Part shown: one piece after another, positions 1-10,974 of the stretch
Numbering within the stretch: position 1 is the stretch's first letter
How the letters are laid out: each line of letters starts with the position of its first letter
Assembly: GCA_977017645.1 (NCBI GenBank)
Contig: OZ360228.1
Coordinates: 140,058,001-140,122,000, forward strand
Length of the DNA stretch: 64,000 nt
Source of the DNA: Torpedo marmorata
Taxonomy: Eukaryota
Direction of reading: 5' to 3'
Made by a program: the position numbers and the translations under genes
Notes under the pieces: model-generated
What the model saw: only the letters and a program-made list of their open reading frames with translations
What the model was told of the DNA's origin: nothing
Database searches by the model: none

Positions 1-374
1 TTAAATGGCCTGCTCTTTATGCTGAACATTTCATGTTAAAGAAATGCTTTTATACAAACACTCACTCACAGCCTTTGGGTTCTATTGTGTCCATGAAGGC
101 AGAAGACTAACCACTTATTTAACTTGGCATTGAGCTGACCGATATCACAGCCTCAAACAACTAAACTAGGAAATAAAGAAATGTCCGTATCTGTTTGTGT
201 CACAAAATGGAACTTTAAAAGAAAAACGTCATGAAGGGGTGTTGACAAGGATTCAGCCCCTTTGGTGGTGTCAATCTCGGTGCTTCTTAAAGCAAACTTT
301 CTTAGTCACTGCCTTGATCACGCTTGCAGCCCATCTCGTTTCACATGGAAGTCCCCGTCTCCCCACTCCCAAAT

Positions 375-1400
375 CACCAGAGCCCCTACAACTCTGCTCA
401 TTAATCACCAGAAACCCCACAACCCTGCTCGTTAAACACCAGAGCCCCCACAACCCCGCTCCTTAATCACCAGAAACCCCACAACCTGGTCGTTAATCAC
501 CAGAGCCCCTTCAACTGTGCTCGTTAAACACCAGAGCCCCCACAACTCTGCTCGTTAAACACCAGACCCCCACAACCCCGTTCCTTCATCACCAGAGCCC
601 CCATAACTCTGTTCGTTAAACACCAGACCCCCCACAACCCCGCTCCTTAATCACCAGAAACCCCACAACCTGGTCGTTAATCACCAGAGCCCCTTCAACT
701 GTGCTCGTTAAACACCAGAGCCCCCACAACTCTGCTCGTTAAACACCAGAGCCCCCACAACCCCGCTCGTTAAACACCAGAGCCCCCACAACCCCGCTCC
801 TTAATCACCAGAGCCCCTTCAACTGTGCTCGTTAAACACCAGACCCCCCACAACTCTGCTCGTTAAACACCAGAGCCCCCACAACCCCGCTCCTTAATCA
901 CCAGACCCCCCACAACTCTGCTCGTTAAACACCAGACCCCCCACAACTCTGCTCGTTAAACACCAGAGCCCCCACAACCCCGCTCCTTAATCACCAGACC
1001 CCCCACAACTCTGCTCGTTAAACACCAGAGCCCCCACAACTCTGCTCGTTAAACACCAGAGCCCCCACAACCCCGCTCCTTAATCACCAGACCCCCCACA
1101 ACTCTGCTCGTTAAACACCAGAGCCCCCACAACTCTGCTCGTTAAACACCAGAGCCCCCACAACCCCGCTCCTTAATCACCAGACCCCCCACAACTCTGC
1201 TCGTTAAACACCAGAGCCCCCACAACCCCGCTCCTTAATCACCAGAGCCCCCACAACTCTGCTCGTTAAACACCAGCCCCCGCAACCCCGTTTAATCACC
1301 AGAGCCCCCACAACTCTGCTCGTTAAACACCAGAGCCCCCGTAATCTTGCTCCTTAATTTCCAGCCCCCACAATCCCACTTGTTCATTTCGAGGCCCCAC
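375..1400. repeat. ~31-bp minisatellite, about 33 copies (CACCAGAGCCCCCACAACTCTGCTCGTTAAA and variants)
   Basis: Head-to-tail tandem units with two interspersed variant types and no unique spacers. Confidence 0.95.
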
Positions 1401-1547
1401 AATCCCGCTGATTTAGTTTGTGCAGCTGAACTCCCAACACTGTGTCCCAGCTCTGGGCTGCAAAATATGACAGCTTGCTCTCGCTAAGCTGAGTTGTCAA
1501 GGTCAGTGCGAGTTATGACACCAAACTAATGCCATTCACTGGATATA

Positions 1548-1928
1548 CAAGAGGCTGCAGATACTAGAATTTGGAACGAAAAAGCAAACTGCTGGAGGGA
1601 CTCATTGGGTCAGGCAGCATCTGTGGAGGCAAAGCGAAGGTTGACGTTTGAGGCCGGAGCTCTTCATTGGGATTGAGAGTGCAGAGGGGAGATAGCTAGT
1701 ACAGTGAGGACAGGGTGGGAGTGGTTAGACAGGAGGCCAGAAGGGGATTGGTGAACAGGAAATCCATCTGTCATCCTTCACCAATCCCCACTGGCACCTG
1801 TCTAACCCCCTGTCCTCATTACCCTGGCTGTCTCCCCTCTGCACTCTCACTTGAAGGGCTCTAGCCCAAACCGTCAGCCATTCTTTTTCTCCCACTGATG
1901 CTGCTCGACCTGCTGAGTTCCTCCAGCC
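1548..1928. mobile_element. Old head-to-head pair of Penelope-derived tails with degenerate hammerhead motifs
   Basis: GCTGGAGGGACTCATTGGGTCAGGCAGCATC arm inverted against GATGCTGCTCGACCTGCTGAGTTCCTCCAGC; degenerate GAAGGGC..GCCC..AAAC at ~1855. Confidence 0.65.
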
Positions 1929-2270
1929 CAGTGGTTTTCAAACTTTTTCTTTCCACTCACATCTGTGATTAGTAAGGGATTACTTAAGGTGGTATGTGAG
2001 TGGAAAGAAAAAGTTTTTAAACCACTGTTTTAATCGTACCTAATTGACTCGTTATGTGCACGGATTCATAACTCCAAAGGAAATGGGCCAATGACAATTT
2101 TTCTCAAGCAAAGTATTTCAGTAACAATTCGGTCTAGAGAGGTGGTTCTTAACCTTCCCTTCCCACTCACATACCACCTTAAGTAATCCCTTACTAATCA
2201 CAGAGCACCTATGGCATAGGGATTGCTTAAGGTGGTATGTGAGTGGAAAGATAAAGTTTGAAAACCACTG
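1929..2270. mobile_element. Non-autonomous hAT (Charlie-like) MITE
   Basis: TIR CAGTGGTTTTCAAACT...AGTTTGAAAACCACTG; imperfect 8-bp TSD CTCCAGCC/CTCTAGCA; second family copy at 55499-55833. Confidence 0.85.
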
Positions 2271-3199
2271 CTCTAGCACAATGCTTTATCTTTGCTACAT
2301 AAAGGACACTGTTTGACCTGCTGAGTTTCTCCAGCATTGTGTTTTTTTCTTCCAGCAGATTGTTTTCTAATGCCATTCACTTTCTCAGCTGTGCAACCTC
2401 ATATCCTACTGGGCACTCTCCATTGAAGGCTGCTGTGTTAACATATTAACTCTCTTTTTTCCTGAATTTAAATATAATGTCCTCAAAAACGTTCTCATTT
2501 ACCCAGTTGTTCAAACATTCCTTCACAGAGCTGGTATGTGTTTGAAACTGCATGAATGCACGTAGAACCAAAGAACAGCACAGAAACGAGCCTTTCGGCC
2601 CATCTAGTCTGTGCTGAACTATCAATTCCACCAAGTCCCATTGACCCGCACCCGGACCATGCTCCACCCATCCATGCACCTATCCAACTTTCGCTTACAT
2701 GTTCAAATTGAACCTGCATCCACCACCTCTGCTGGCAGCTCGTTCCACACTCTCACCACTCTCTGTGTAAAGACGTTCCCCTACAAGTTCCCCTAAAATG
2801 TTCTCTATCTATTATGGCTTGCATTCCAATAAAATCTATAAAATCAAAGCAACTCTTGCATATTGTACGAAGGATTCAATTGACAAAGAACAAGCTGTTG
2901 CAGGTGTTTAGGAAAATATGGTTCAGCTATATATTTTCAGAAGAGTTGCTGCATGAGGAATATAGTTCAGAATACAAGCAGAATACGGAGGTCTTTGTAA
3001 CTCAGAACAAACGGGTTAATGAGGTTGTCTCGTGAGTTCATCCCCATACGACACTGAGGCACGTTGCAGTGAAAAGGACAACTGTAGATATTTTGATTGG
3101 GGTGGAGGGAGGTGGGGGGGGGGCGGTGTTTATTCTACATTAACTTTAGGAAGCTGGTCCTACCACAACCCCAGTGTGCATGCATATACAAATCAACAC

Positions 3200-3782
3200 T
3201 AAAAACCTACAGGGCGACATTCACCAGGAGCATTGCTTAAATAGAGCTCAAATAATTATCAAGGATCCCTATCATCCAGTACATAGAATCTTTGACCCTC
3301 TACCATCAGGAAGGAGGTACAGGAGCATCAAAATCAGGACTGCCAGGCTGGGAAATAGCTTCTTCCCGCAGGCTGTGAGATTGATGAACGGTATCCTGTA
3401 AACAAGTAAATCCTCCCAAAATATTAATATACAGTAAAGCCCCTCGTATTCGGCACCTATGGGGATAGGTAGATGCAGGATGTGTATTTTCCTATTTTCT
3501 GGTTGCTGAGATTGTGTGTTGTGTGAATGGTGAACTAACGGCGAGGCACGCCAATTTTATACGTTCAAATTTTTTTACCTATTTATTTTCTGCGATTTTT
3601 ATGCCGGTTGTTTGAATTCCGGATACCAGTATTTTTACTATATATTTATTTTATACTATACAGTATCTTTATGTATATTTGTGATTATGTGCTGTGTAAT
3701 GTGTATTTGTGTGCACCGTGGTCTGGAGAAACGCTGTTTCGTCAGGTTGTATATGTACAGTTAGATGATAATGAACTTGAGC
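3200..3782 (+). mobile_element. Rex1/Babar-type non-LTR 3' fragment interrupted by a MITE
   Basis: IIKDPYHP..LPSGRRYRSIKIRTARLGNSFFPQAVRL C-terminal motif; 3' end ...GATAATGAACTTGA. Confidence 0.75.
3432..3640. mobile_element. TcMar/Tigger-like MITE
   Basis: TA-flanked, with degenerate TIRs CAGTAAAGCCCCTCGTATTCGG / CCGGATACCAGTATTTTTACTA. Confidence 0.6.
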
Positions 3783-4148
3783 GATGGCCCTGTTGAAACA
3801 TGAAGCGCTCCCCCTCTCCTCTCAGCTTAGCGGGCAGGAATTATCCCTTACTTTCCGTCTCCCTGAGTCCCTCCAGCTTCTTGTTGTTTGCTCAAGATTC
3901 CAGTATCTGCAGCTTGTGTGTTTCACTTTCCTTTCATGACCTGGATAAGATTTCAATTGAGCGCGGCACTGCCAACTCAAAGAGAAGCACTTCCCAGAAG
4001 TGAAAAACCAAACACTGCAGGTGCTGGAGATCTGTTGCGTTGGAGGGACCTCAACCTGAAGTGTTCGATGTGTTTCTCTCTCCATAGATGCTGCCTGACT
4101 TACTGCGTCCTTCCGGCATTCTCGGTTTATCTCACACAGAACTCTCAT

Positions 4149-4333
4149 AGCACAATCTGCTGGAGGAACTCAGTGGGTCGAGGAGCAGCATCAGCTGCAG
4201 AGAAAGAATAGTCAGCGTTTCGAGTCAGAACCCTTCAACATCTTGAATGGTGGCTTCCACCCCGAAACGTTGACCATTCTTTTTCTCCCACTGATGCTGC
4301 TCGTCCCGCTGAGTTCCTCCAGCAGATTGTGCT
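4149..4333. mobile_element. Fold-back pair of Penelope-derived tails
   Basis: AGCACAATCTGCTGGAGGAACTCAG at the left end is the exact reverse complement of CTGAGTTCCTCCAGCAGATTGTGCT at the right end; a CCGAAACGTTG hammerhead remnant lies inside. Confidence 0.75.
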
Positions 4334-4414
4334 TTTTTTGTTACAAATGTGGTCCATTTATTCAGTCTGCTGATTATGTCTGAACTGCTACAAAAAGATA
4401 AATAGGTGACGTCT

Positions 4415-4632
4415 TAAATTTAGACATACAGGCCCTTTCGGCCTACGAGCTCGCACCACCCAATTGACCTACAAACCCTGTACGTTTTTGAACGTTGGGA
4501 GGAAACTGGAGCACCCGGAGGAAACCCACGCAGACACGAAGAGAACGTACAAACTCCTTACTGACAGCACCGGATTTGAACCCCGGTCACTGCCGCTGTA
4601 ACAGCATTGTGCTAACCACTATGCTAACCATA
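4415..4632 (-). mobile_element. tRNA-derived V-domain SINE (HE1-like)
   Basis: B-box-like GGTTCAAATCC, V-domain AAGGAGTTTGTACGTTCTC..GTGTCTGCGTGGGTTTCCTCCGGG, tail TATGTCTAAATTT. Confidence 0.8.
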
Positions 4633-4779
4633 CCACTTCTTAAGATAGAAGCACAGAGATTTCTCCAGCCAAATGCCTTGAGCGGAGGAGAGACAAAGAA
4701 TGTGTACAAGATCGGCCCAGGTGTAATAACAGGTGGATTGTCCACATCCACCTTGCCTGAGGGGATTCGGAATACTTAC

Positions 4780-4938
4780 TTCCATTCTCGCTTTGTAGAA
4801 ATCCACATCGTGCAGCCTCTCTCTGCACCGCCCGAGCTCGTTTTCCAACCTGTCCACCCGGTTGGCCTTCTCCCGCAGCGAGTCCAGCTCGTCCTGATAC
4901 GCTCTCACTGAGCGCGCATCTGTGGCCAGCTGCATGTT
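4780..4938 (-). CDS. CCDC88C: CCDC88C coding exon (probable exon 10); 159 nt, [53 protein letters not shown]
   Basis: cag|AACATG...ATGGAA|gtaagt. [13 protein letters not shown] and [12 protein letters not shown] match Daple better than Girdin. Confidence 0.95.
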
Positions 4939-5109
4939 CTGAGCAACAACCAAAGGAACCTTTGTGGTTAAACCATTACCGCTTCTGCTTTCACCCCAGT
5001 ACCAAATCCAGAATTCCAAAGAGTCCAACACCTCATCCTCCACCACGGTTAATTCCAGGAAGCGAGGGATGAATGAGAAACTGAAGAGTTAGTCAACAAA
5101 AAAAAAACA

Positions 5110-5980
5110 ACTTGAGAAGTTGTTGAGCTTGAAGGCTGATAAATCGAGGAGGCACACCCCAAAGTTTTGAGGGGCTTTCGAGGTAATGGATCGTTGGTTA
5201 TCAACTGCAGATTCTGGAGTTGTTTCTGCAGACTGGATGGAAGTAAATCTGATCTGACTATTTAAGGAGGGAGAGAGAAAATAGGGAACTACTGACCTGA
5301 TAGCCTAAGCGGTGGGGAAAGTGCATAATGGCAGAGAACCATGGAAAGAACAATAGGACTGAGCAGAGTCAACATGGATTTGTGAAAGGGAAAATCATGT
5401 TGACAAATATATTGGACTTCTTTGAAGATGTTGTGAGTAGATTAGACAAGAGGCATACCAGTTCATGTAGCGTATTAGGCTTTCTAGAAAGGTAACGTTA
5501 GAGATGGTTCACAGGTGGTTCACAAAGATGATGCGAGAATGAAAGGGTTATCATATGAGGAATGTTTGAAGCTCTTGGCCTGTACTCATTGGAATTTAGG
5601 AGAATGAGGGGGGGGTCTCATTGAAACATTTCGAATGTTGAACGGCGTGGGCAGAGTAGATGTAGAAAGGTTGTTTCCCACGGTGGGAGAGGGCACAACT
5701 TCAGAATTGAAGGGCGTCCACAGAACAGAGATGTGGAGGAATTTCTTCAGCCAGAGGGTGGTGAATCTGTGGAATTTATTGCCACAGGCGGTTGTGGAGG
5801 CCAAGTCATTGGGTTTACTTTAGGCAGAGATTGATAGGTTCTTGATTAGCCAGGGCATCAAAGGTTATGGGGAGAAGGCCAGGGAGTGGGGCTGAGTGGG
5901 AAAATGGATCAGCTCATGATTGAATGGCGGGGCAGACTCGATGGGCTGAATAGCCTATTTCTGCTCCGACTGTATGTCTT
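5110..5980 (+). mobile_element. CR1-type LINE fragments (degenerate RT part plus conserved 3' end)
   Basis: QHGFVKGK-like remnant; translation ..RNFFSQRVVNLWNLLPQAVVEA; 3' UTR shared with copies at 7165, 19690 and 57607. Confidence 0.8.
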
Positions 5981-6184
5981 TTGCTCTTTCAATAAACTGC
6001 TGGTTAAAAGCCTTAGGGCACATGGAATGAGAGACATGGACAGAGAACTAGTTAGTGGACAGAAACCAAGGAGTGGGAATAAGATGTATTGAATAGAAAG
6101 TCTTCCTTGAGGTACCCCACTAACACAGAATTTACGGCAGAGAAAAAGAAAGCCTAATTGGTCCATGCTCCATTTTCTTCCCAA

Positions 6185-6405
6185 CTGAACACCAAGAGAT
6201 ACCTCTGCTTTTCTTTGATAGGACAGGGAGGGCTGTGGTCTAACATTGCATCTGAAGGACAGTAACTCCAACAGCAAAGCAATCCTGGAGTGCTGCACCG
6301 CATCGCCAGCCTTGAGTTTTAATGATCAGGTTCCTGGAGCGGGATTCGAACTCACAGCCTCGGAGTCACAGGGGAGAGCACGACCCATTGAATCATGGCT
6401 GACCA
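6185..6405 (-). mobile_element. Ancient tRNA-headed Deu-domain-type SINE remnant (SacSINE-like)
   Basis: B-box GTTCGAATCCC on the minus strand followed by the recalled SacSINE-like body; identified from memory of the family. Confidence 0.5.
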
Positions 6406-6456
6406 CGTGCACCAATATGCCCTGGGCCAACAGGGCCCATGGAGCAGACTCCTTAC

Positions 6457-6538
6457 CTCTTGTCTCAACCTCTGCAACTCTGCATCGAGCCGCTCCACTT
6501 CGTGCTTTGAGTCGAGGAGCTGCTCAGCCTTTTCTTCC
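6457..6538 (-). CDS. CCDC88C: CCDC88C coding exon (probable exon 9); 82 nt, (L)EEKAEQLLDSKHEVERLDAELQRLRQE
   Basis: cag|GGAAGAAAAG...CAAGAG|gtaagg; homologous to [27 protein letters not shown]; phase 2 to 0. Not in the ORF track. Confidence 0.93.
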
Positions 6539-6699
6539 CTGGGGATGTTTCAGAAGAAAGACATTATTCACTAATAATAGACTGCTCTGAAACCAGAAAA
6601 GGACTGCCTGCCCTATTTCAAGTCACTTTTTTTGCACGAGGAATATTGTATTTATTATCTAACATGTATTTATTGTCACTTTAATGTGTTTTTTTTTAT

Positions 6700-6945
6700 A
6701 ATTTAATGACTCAGCATGGTAGAAGGCCCTTCTAGCCCATGACAACTTTGCCGGCCAATTACACCCAATTAACCTGCCAACCCTGTACGATTTTGGAGGG
6801 TGGAATAAAACCAGAGCACCCGGAGAAAACCCATGCAGGTCACAGGGAGAACACAAACTCCTTACTGACAGTGCTGAATTCGAACCCGGGTCGCTGGCAC
6901 TGTAATAGTGTTGTGCTAACCGCTACGCTAACCCCGTGCCGCCCA
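6700..6945 (-). mobile_element. V-domain SINE (HE1-like)
   Basis: Head GGGCGGCACGGGGTTAGCGTAGCGGTTAGC, B box, V domain. Confidence 0.8.
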
Positions 6946-7164
6946 TTTAATTGAAGAAGTTAATTCAATTTGTTTACTATTATAGCTTTTCTTTACAAAT
7001 ACCTGTTCGGCTGCAGCAAATTTCGGTGCTTGTATATATTTTACAATGCGTATGACAATAAACTCATTATCATTAAATGCCTGTGTTCAAAACTTTTCTG
7101 TGAATTGTGAAGCACTTCCAGCTTTTTAAATATAACCTCCTCCAAATCGTTCAACATTTGACTT

Positions 7165-7606
7165 CTCTTGGCCTATACTCGTTGGAATTTAGGAGAATGA
7201 GGGGGGGGTCTCATTGAAACATATTGAATGTTGAAAGGCGTGGACAGAGTAGATGTAGGAAGGTTGTTTCCCACGGTGGGAGAGTCGAGGACAAGAGGGC
7301 ACAACTTCAGGATTGAAGGGTGCCCACTTAGAACAGAGATGCGGAGGAATTTCTTTAGCCAGAGGGTGGTGAATCTGTGGAATTTGTTTCCACAGGCAGT
7401 TGTGGAGGCCAGGTCATTGCGTGTATTTAAGGCAGAGATTGATAGGCTCTTGATTAGCCAGGGCATCAAAGGTTATGGGGAGAAGGCCGGGATGTGGGGA
7501 GAAGGCCGGGATGTGGGGCTTTGTGGGAAAATGGATCAGCTCATGATTAAATGGCAGGGCAGCCTCGATGGGTTGAATAACCCATTTCTGCTCTAATGTC
7601 TTATGC
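7165..7606 (+). mobile_element. CR1-type LINE 3' end
   Basis: ORF 7228..7596 ESRTRGHNFRIEG..RNFFSQRVVNLWN, typical of the CR1 ORF2 C-terminus. Confidence 0.85.
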
Positions 7607-7828
7607 CTACCAGATACATTTTTGCACTTGCCTGGAGATAAACTCCGTCACACTGTGGGCAACAGTGAATAAGCAGGTGCACCCTCTTTATTCATGCTTT
7701 ATAATAATAGCTTTAACTGGTGGAACAAGTAGTGAAGCAATTTGGGCACAAGTGCAATTAGGGAGAGATTGGAAATCTGGTACCTTTCATTTGCAAAAGC
7801 AATTACCAGTTCAATGAACTCAATGTAA

Positions 7829-8716
7829 CAGGTGCCAAACCTTTTATCCGAAAACCGAAAACCGAACATATTTTCCAGTATATTTTCAGGTGTTTAGCTT
7901 AGTTTGAGCCAGTTAATGTTTGAAGTTTTACTGTATGTTTTACTTAAAAATAAAAAAGTACACTTGTAATTTTATGGTCTATCTTTATCTCACTTCATTT
8001 ACCACCCCGCCCCCGTCCAGCGCCGCCACAAACACCCCGTCCAGCGCCGCCGCGAACACCCCGTCCAGCGCCGCCGCGAACACCCCGTCCAGCGCCGCCG
8101 CAACCCCCCCGTCCAGCGCCGCCGCGAACACCCCGTCCAGCGCCGCCGCGACCCCCCCGTCCAGCGCCGCCGCGACCCCCCCGTCCAGCGCCGCCGAGAC
8201 CCCCCCGTCCAGCGCCGCCGCGAACACCCCGTCCAGCGCCGCCGCGAACACCCCATCCAGCGCCGCCGCGAACACCCCCGTCCAGCGCCGCCGCGAACAC
8301 CCCGTCCAGCGCCGCCGCGAACACCCCCGTCCAGCGCCGCCGCGAACACCCCGTCCAGCGCCGCCGCGAACACCCCCGTCCAGCGCCGCCGCAACCCCCC
8401 CGTCCAGCGCCGCCGCAACCCCCCCATCCAGCGCCGCCGCAAACACCCCATCCAGCGCCGCCGCAAACACCCCATCCAGCGCCGCCACAACCCCCCGTCC
8501 AGCGCCGCTGCGAACACCCCGTCCAGCGCCGCCGCCACAACCCCCCCCCTCCCGTCCAGAGACCCTTCTATTTGGACTGTGTCTTTGTTTTGCGTGAATC
8601 TGAAATCAGCGCAATTACTTAACGTACCGACGTTACTATTATTCTATTATCCGAAAAATTCCCAATTCCGAAAAGTGTCTGGTCCCAAGGATTTCGGATA
8701 AAAGATTAGGCACCTG
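7829..8716. mobile_element. TcMar/Tigger-like non-autonomous DNA transposon containing a GC-rich minisatellite
   Basis: TIRs CAGGTGCCAAACCTTTTATCCGAA / TTCGGATAAAAGATTAGGCACCTG; TA on the right flank. Confidence 0.8.
8002..8560. repeat. ~24-bp CpG-rich minisatellite (CCCCGTCCAGCGCCGCCGCGAACA), about 22 copies
   Basis: Direct tandem units; source of the low-complexity ORFs 7920..8597 and 7985..8540. Confidence 0.95.
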
Positions 8717-8939
8717 TATGGATATATCTGTAGTCCCTAAGCATTGAGAAATACCTGTAACCCAACACTGTAAATAATTAACCATCGTCAATGTACGTGA
8801 GCATGCCAAACCTCTGACTCAATGTCATAATTATCAAGGAGTCAACTTTCACACTGTTCAGATTGGGCAACCCCCAGGGGCTGTATTGTTACGATACTTG
8901 CGAATCTCTGAACTTGTCTTTATGTAACATGCACTGGTC

Positions 8940-10642
8940 TCCTGTACGGCCAGAATGAGACCACCTGCAAATTGGAGGAACAACACCCGATCTTCTATTG
9001 GGGCACCCTCCAATCGGATGGTATTCACATTGACTGCCAATTTCCGTTAGGCCACCCCACCACCCCCCCCCCCCACCTTCTACCCAATGTCTCCTTTCCT
9101 CCAGCTCTGTCTCTCTCTCTTCCCTTTCCCTCTGTCTCTTTTCACAGAGCCAAAAACAATCAATTCTCACCTTTCCTCTCTCCTGTCCTCATCATATCTA
9201 ATAAACACATTTTGTCTGTTGGTCCGTACTCCTCCCCCTCCCATTCTTCCCCTTTCACCACCTTTTTAATATAGACGCCTGCCTGCTTTATACTCATACC
9301 TCGAGGAAGGGCTCAAGCCCGAAACGTCATGTTACGTGCTCCCAGTTCATTTTCATTTGAGTGGGACTGTCACTTTAAGAGAACAAATCAAGCTGCAAGT
9401 TTGGGAGTTTGACTGTGAGCTGGCAGGCTGAAGACAGCGTGATCCTAAAATGGATACATCTGAAGAGAGAGAAAACCCAGGTGCAGAGACCATGTGACCA
9501 ACAGATTCAAGAGATAGTACAGTTTTGCTCAGGGGCCATTTTAAGGGAGCAGCACAGGAGCAACAGCTCTTTCAATTATACTGTGCTGAAGTGGCTTCAT
9601 GTGGCCAAAGGAAAGGTCACTTTGAAGGGGACGTTGAATCCCATCGTGGCCAAAGGGGACTTGTTGAATCCCATCGTGGCAAAGGAAAAGTCACTTCTGA
9701 AGGGACCATTTTGAGGAGGCAGTGCTGTGGAGCAGAGCTCTTGGAAAGCAATACAGTACTGAAGTGGCATTGTGTGTGGTTAGAGACAATCTGTCTGATT
9801 TCCCCATGTTATAGGGGAATGAGTAGTGGCCATTTTAAGGTGTCAGTACTTGGAGAAGCATCCTTTGAAGGGATACTTTGAATGTGGCCTCGTGTGGTGA
9901 TAGACAGTTTGTCTGATTTCTCCGTGTTATAGGGGAATGAGAATACCACTCTGTGACCAAAAAGTGGAGGTCACTTTGATCGGCTGACCCACGGAAAGGG
10001 TTCTGGAAGCAGAGAAATACTGCGTTTGGATTGTGACCATTGTGAGGGTCACTTGGAATGGCTGAGCCACGAAAGGGTTTCTGGAAGCTTTGTGAGCATC
10101 ATTCGCTTCGTGTCCCCTACGCCAAAGAAGAGGGGAGTTTTGGTTGCCACTCATCTGAAAAGGACATTGGTCTGGAAGCCTCGACAAGGATTTATTGAGT
10201 TTACAACTGTCTGTCTAAAGCCTGATCTCTCCCACCTACTTTGTGAACTTCTTTGCATCAATTTCAAGCCTATGTGTCAACACTGAATTTCTGAAACTGA
10301 ACTTTGAACTGCCTTTCGAGAATTGTGCCTTGAGGTGTAGTGGCTTGGGGTATTCCACACACACAAGTTTATTCGCACATAGTTGGGGGTTAAGTAGATA
10401 AGTTTAGATAAGTTTAAATAAGTGTAGATAAATTAGATAAGGTATTATATTATTGTTAATTAATAATTTTAAAATATTATTTTAAATATAACACTGGGCT
10501 AATTTCTATTGCTGCTGTCTGGTACGTAACAGTCGGTAATATATCTTTACCTCATATGGATGTTGCGAGACCTGCTGAGTTCCTCCAGCAGTTCTGTGAT
10601 TTTACTACAATCACAGCGTCTGCAGACTTTCATGTTTCACTT
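8940..10642 (+). mobile_element. 5'-truncated Penelope-like element 3' end (GIY-YIG C-terminus, pyrimidine tract, hammerhead motif, tail), split by a solo LTR
   Basis: KLEEQHPIFYWGTLQSDGIHID remnant; GAAGGGCTCAAGCCCGAAACGTC at ~9306-9328 resumes as GTCGGTAATATATCTTTACC at 10532. Confidence 0.85.
9330..10531. mobile_element. Solo LTR (Gypsy-like), 1.2 kb
   Basis: Termini TGTTACGT...ACGTAACA, 4-bp TSD GTCA/GTCG, internal repeated AAAGGTCACTTTGAAGGG-like motifs, no coding capacity. Confidence 0.8.
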
Positions 10643-10747
10643 GTAAAACATGAAAATCTGTAGACACCGTGGTTGAAGTAAAAAACATAAATGCTGGAGA
10701 AACTCAGCAGCTCAAACAGTGTCTTTTATGTAACAAAGGTAGAAATA

Positions 10748-10788
10748 CATAACCGACGTTTCGGGCTTGAGCCCTTCATCAAAGTATG
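10748..10788 (-). ncRNA. Minimal type I hammerhead-ribozyme motif in the Penelope 3' region
   Basis: Minus strand CATACTTTGATGA-A-GGGC-TCAA-GCCC-GAAA-CG-TC-GGTTATG: variant core UUGAUGA, stem II, GAAA, palindromic ACGU in place of stem III, GUC triplet. Confidence 0.7.
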
Positions 10789-10974
10789 AGAAAATGCCGG
10801 CAAGCATCCGATCAAAAGAGTGAGGGGGGAAGGGGGGGTGGCAAAGGCAGGAGATGATAGGTGGAGAAAGGAGGGAGGGGACAGCAGCAAAGAGGGGGAG
10901 GAGGGATGGCTGGGTGGGTGGAAAAAAACAGGAAGGACAGGTGAGTGGGGAGGGGAAGGAAGAGACAAGCAGGT

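Noticed and set aside
375-1400. CRISPR-like array (31-bp periodicity)
   Set aside because: Units are contiguous with no unique spacers, no cas genes are present, and the context is a vertebrate intron.
2446-3035. Possible CCDC88C exon 11 (ELREDN...MLEEQL) near MFEQL at ~2510 or RDNLI at ~3025
   Set aside because: Only 4-5 residue coincidences, with no continuous frame or splice sites; exon 11 is probably left of the window.
4570-4632. tRNA genes at SINE heads
   Set aside because: A/B boxes run straight into V-domain SINE bodies and no complete cloverleaf is evident.
7920-8597. Overlapping 167-225 aa ORFs on both strands
   Set aside because: Stop-free translations of a GC-rich minisatellite.
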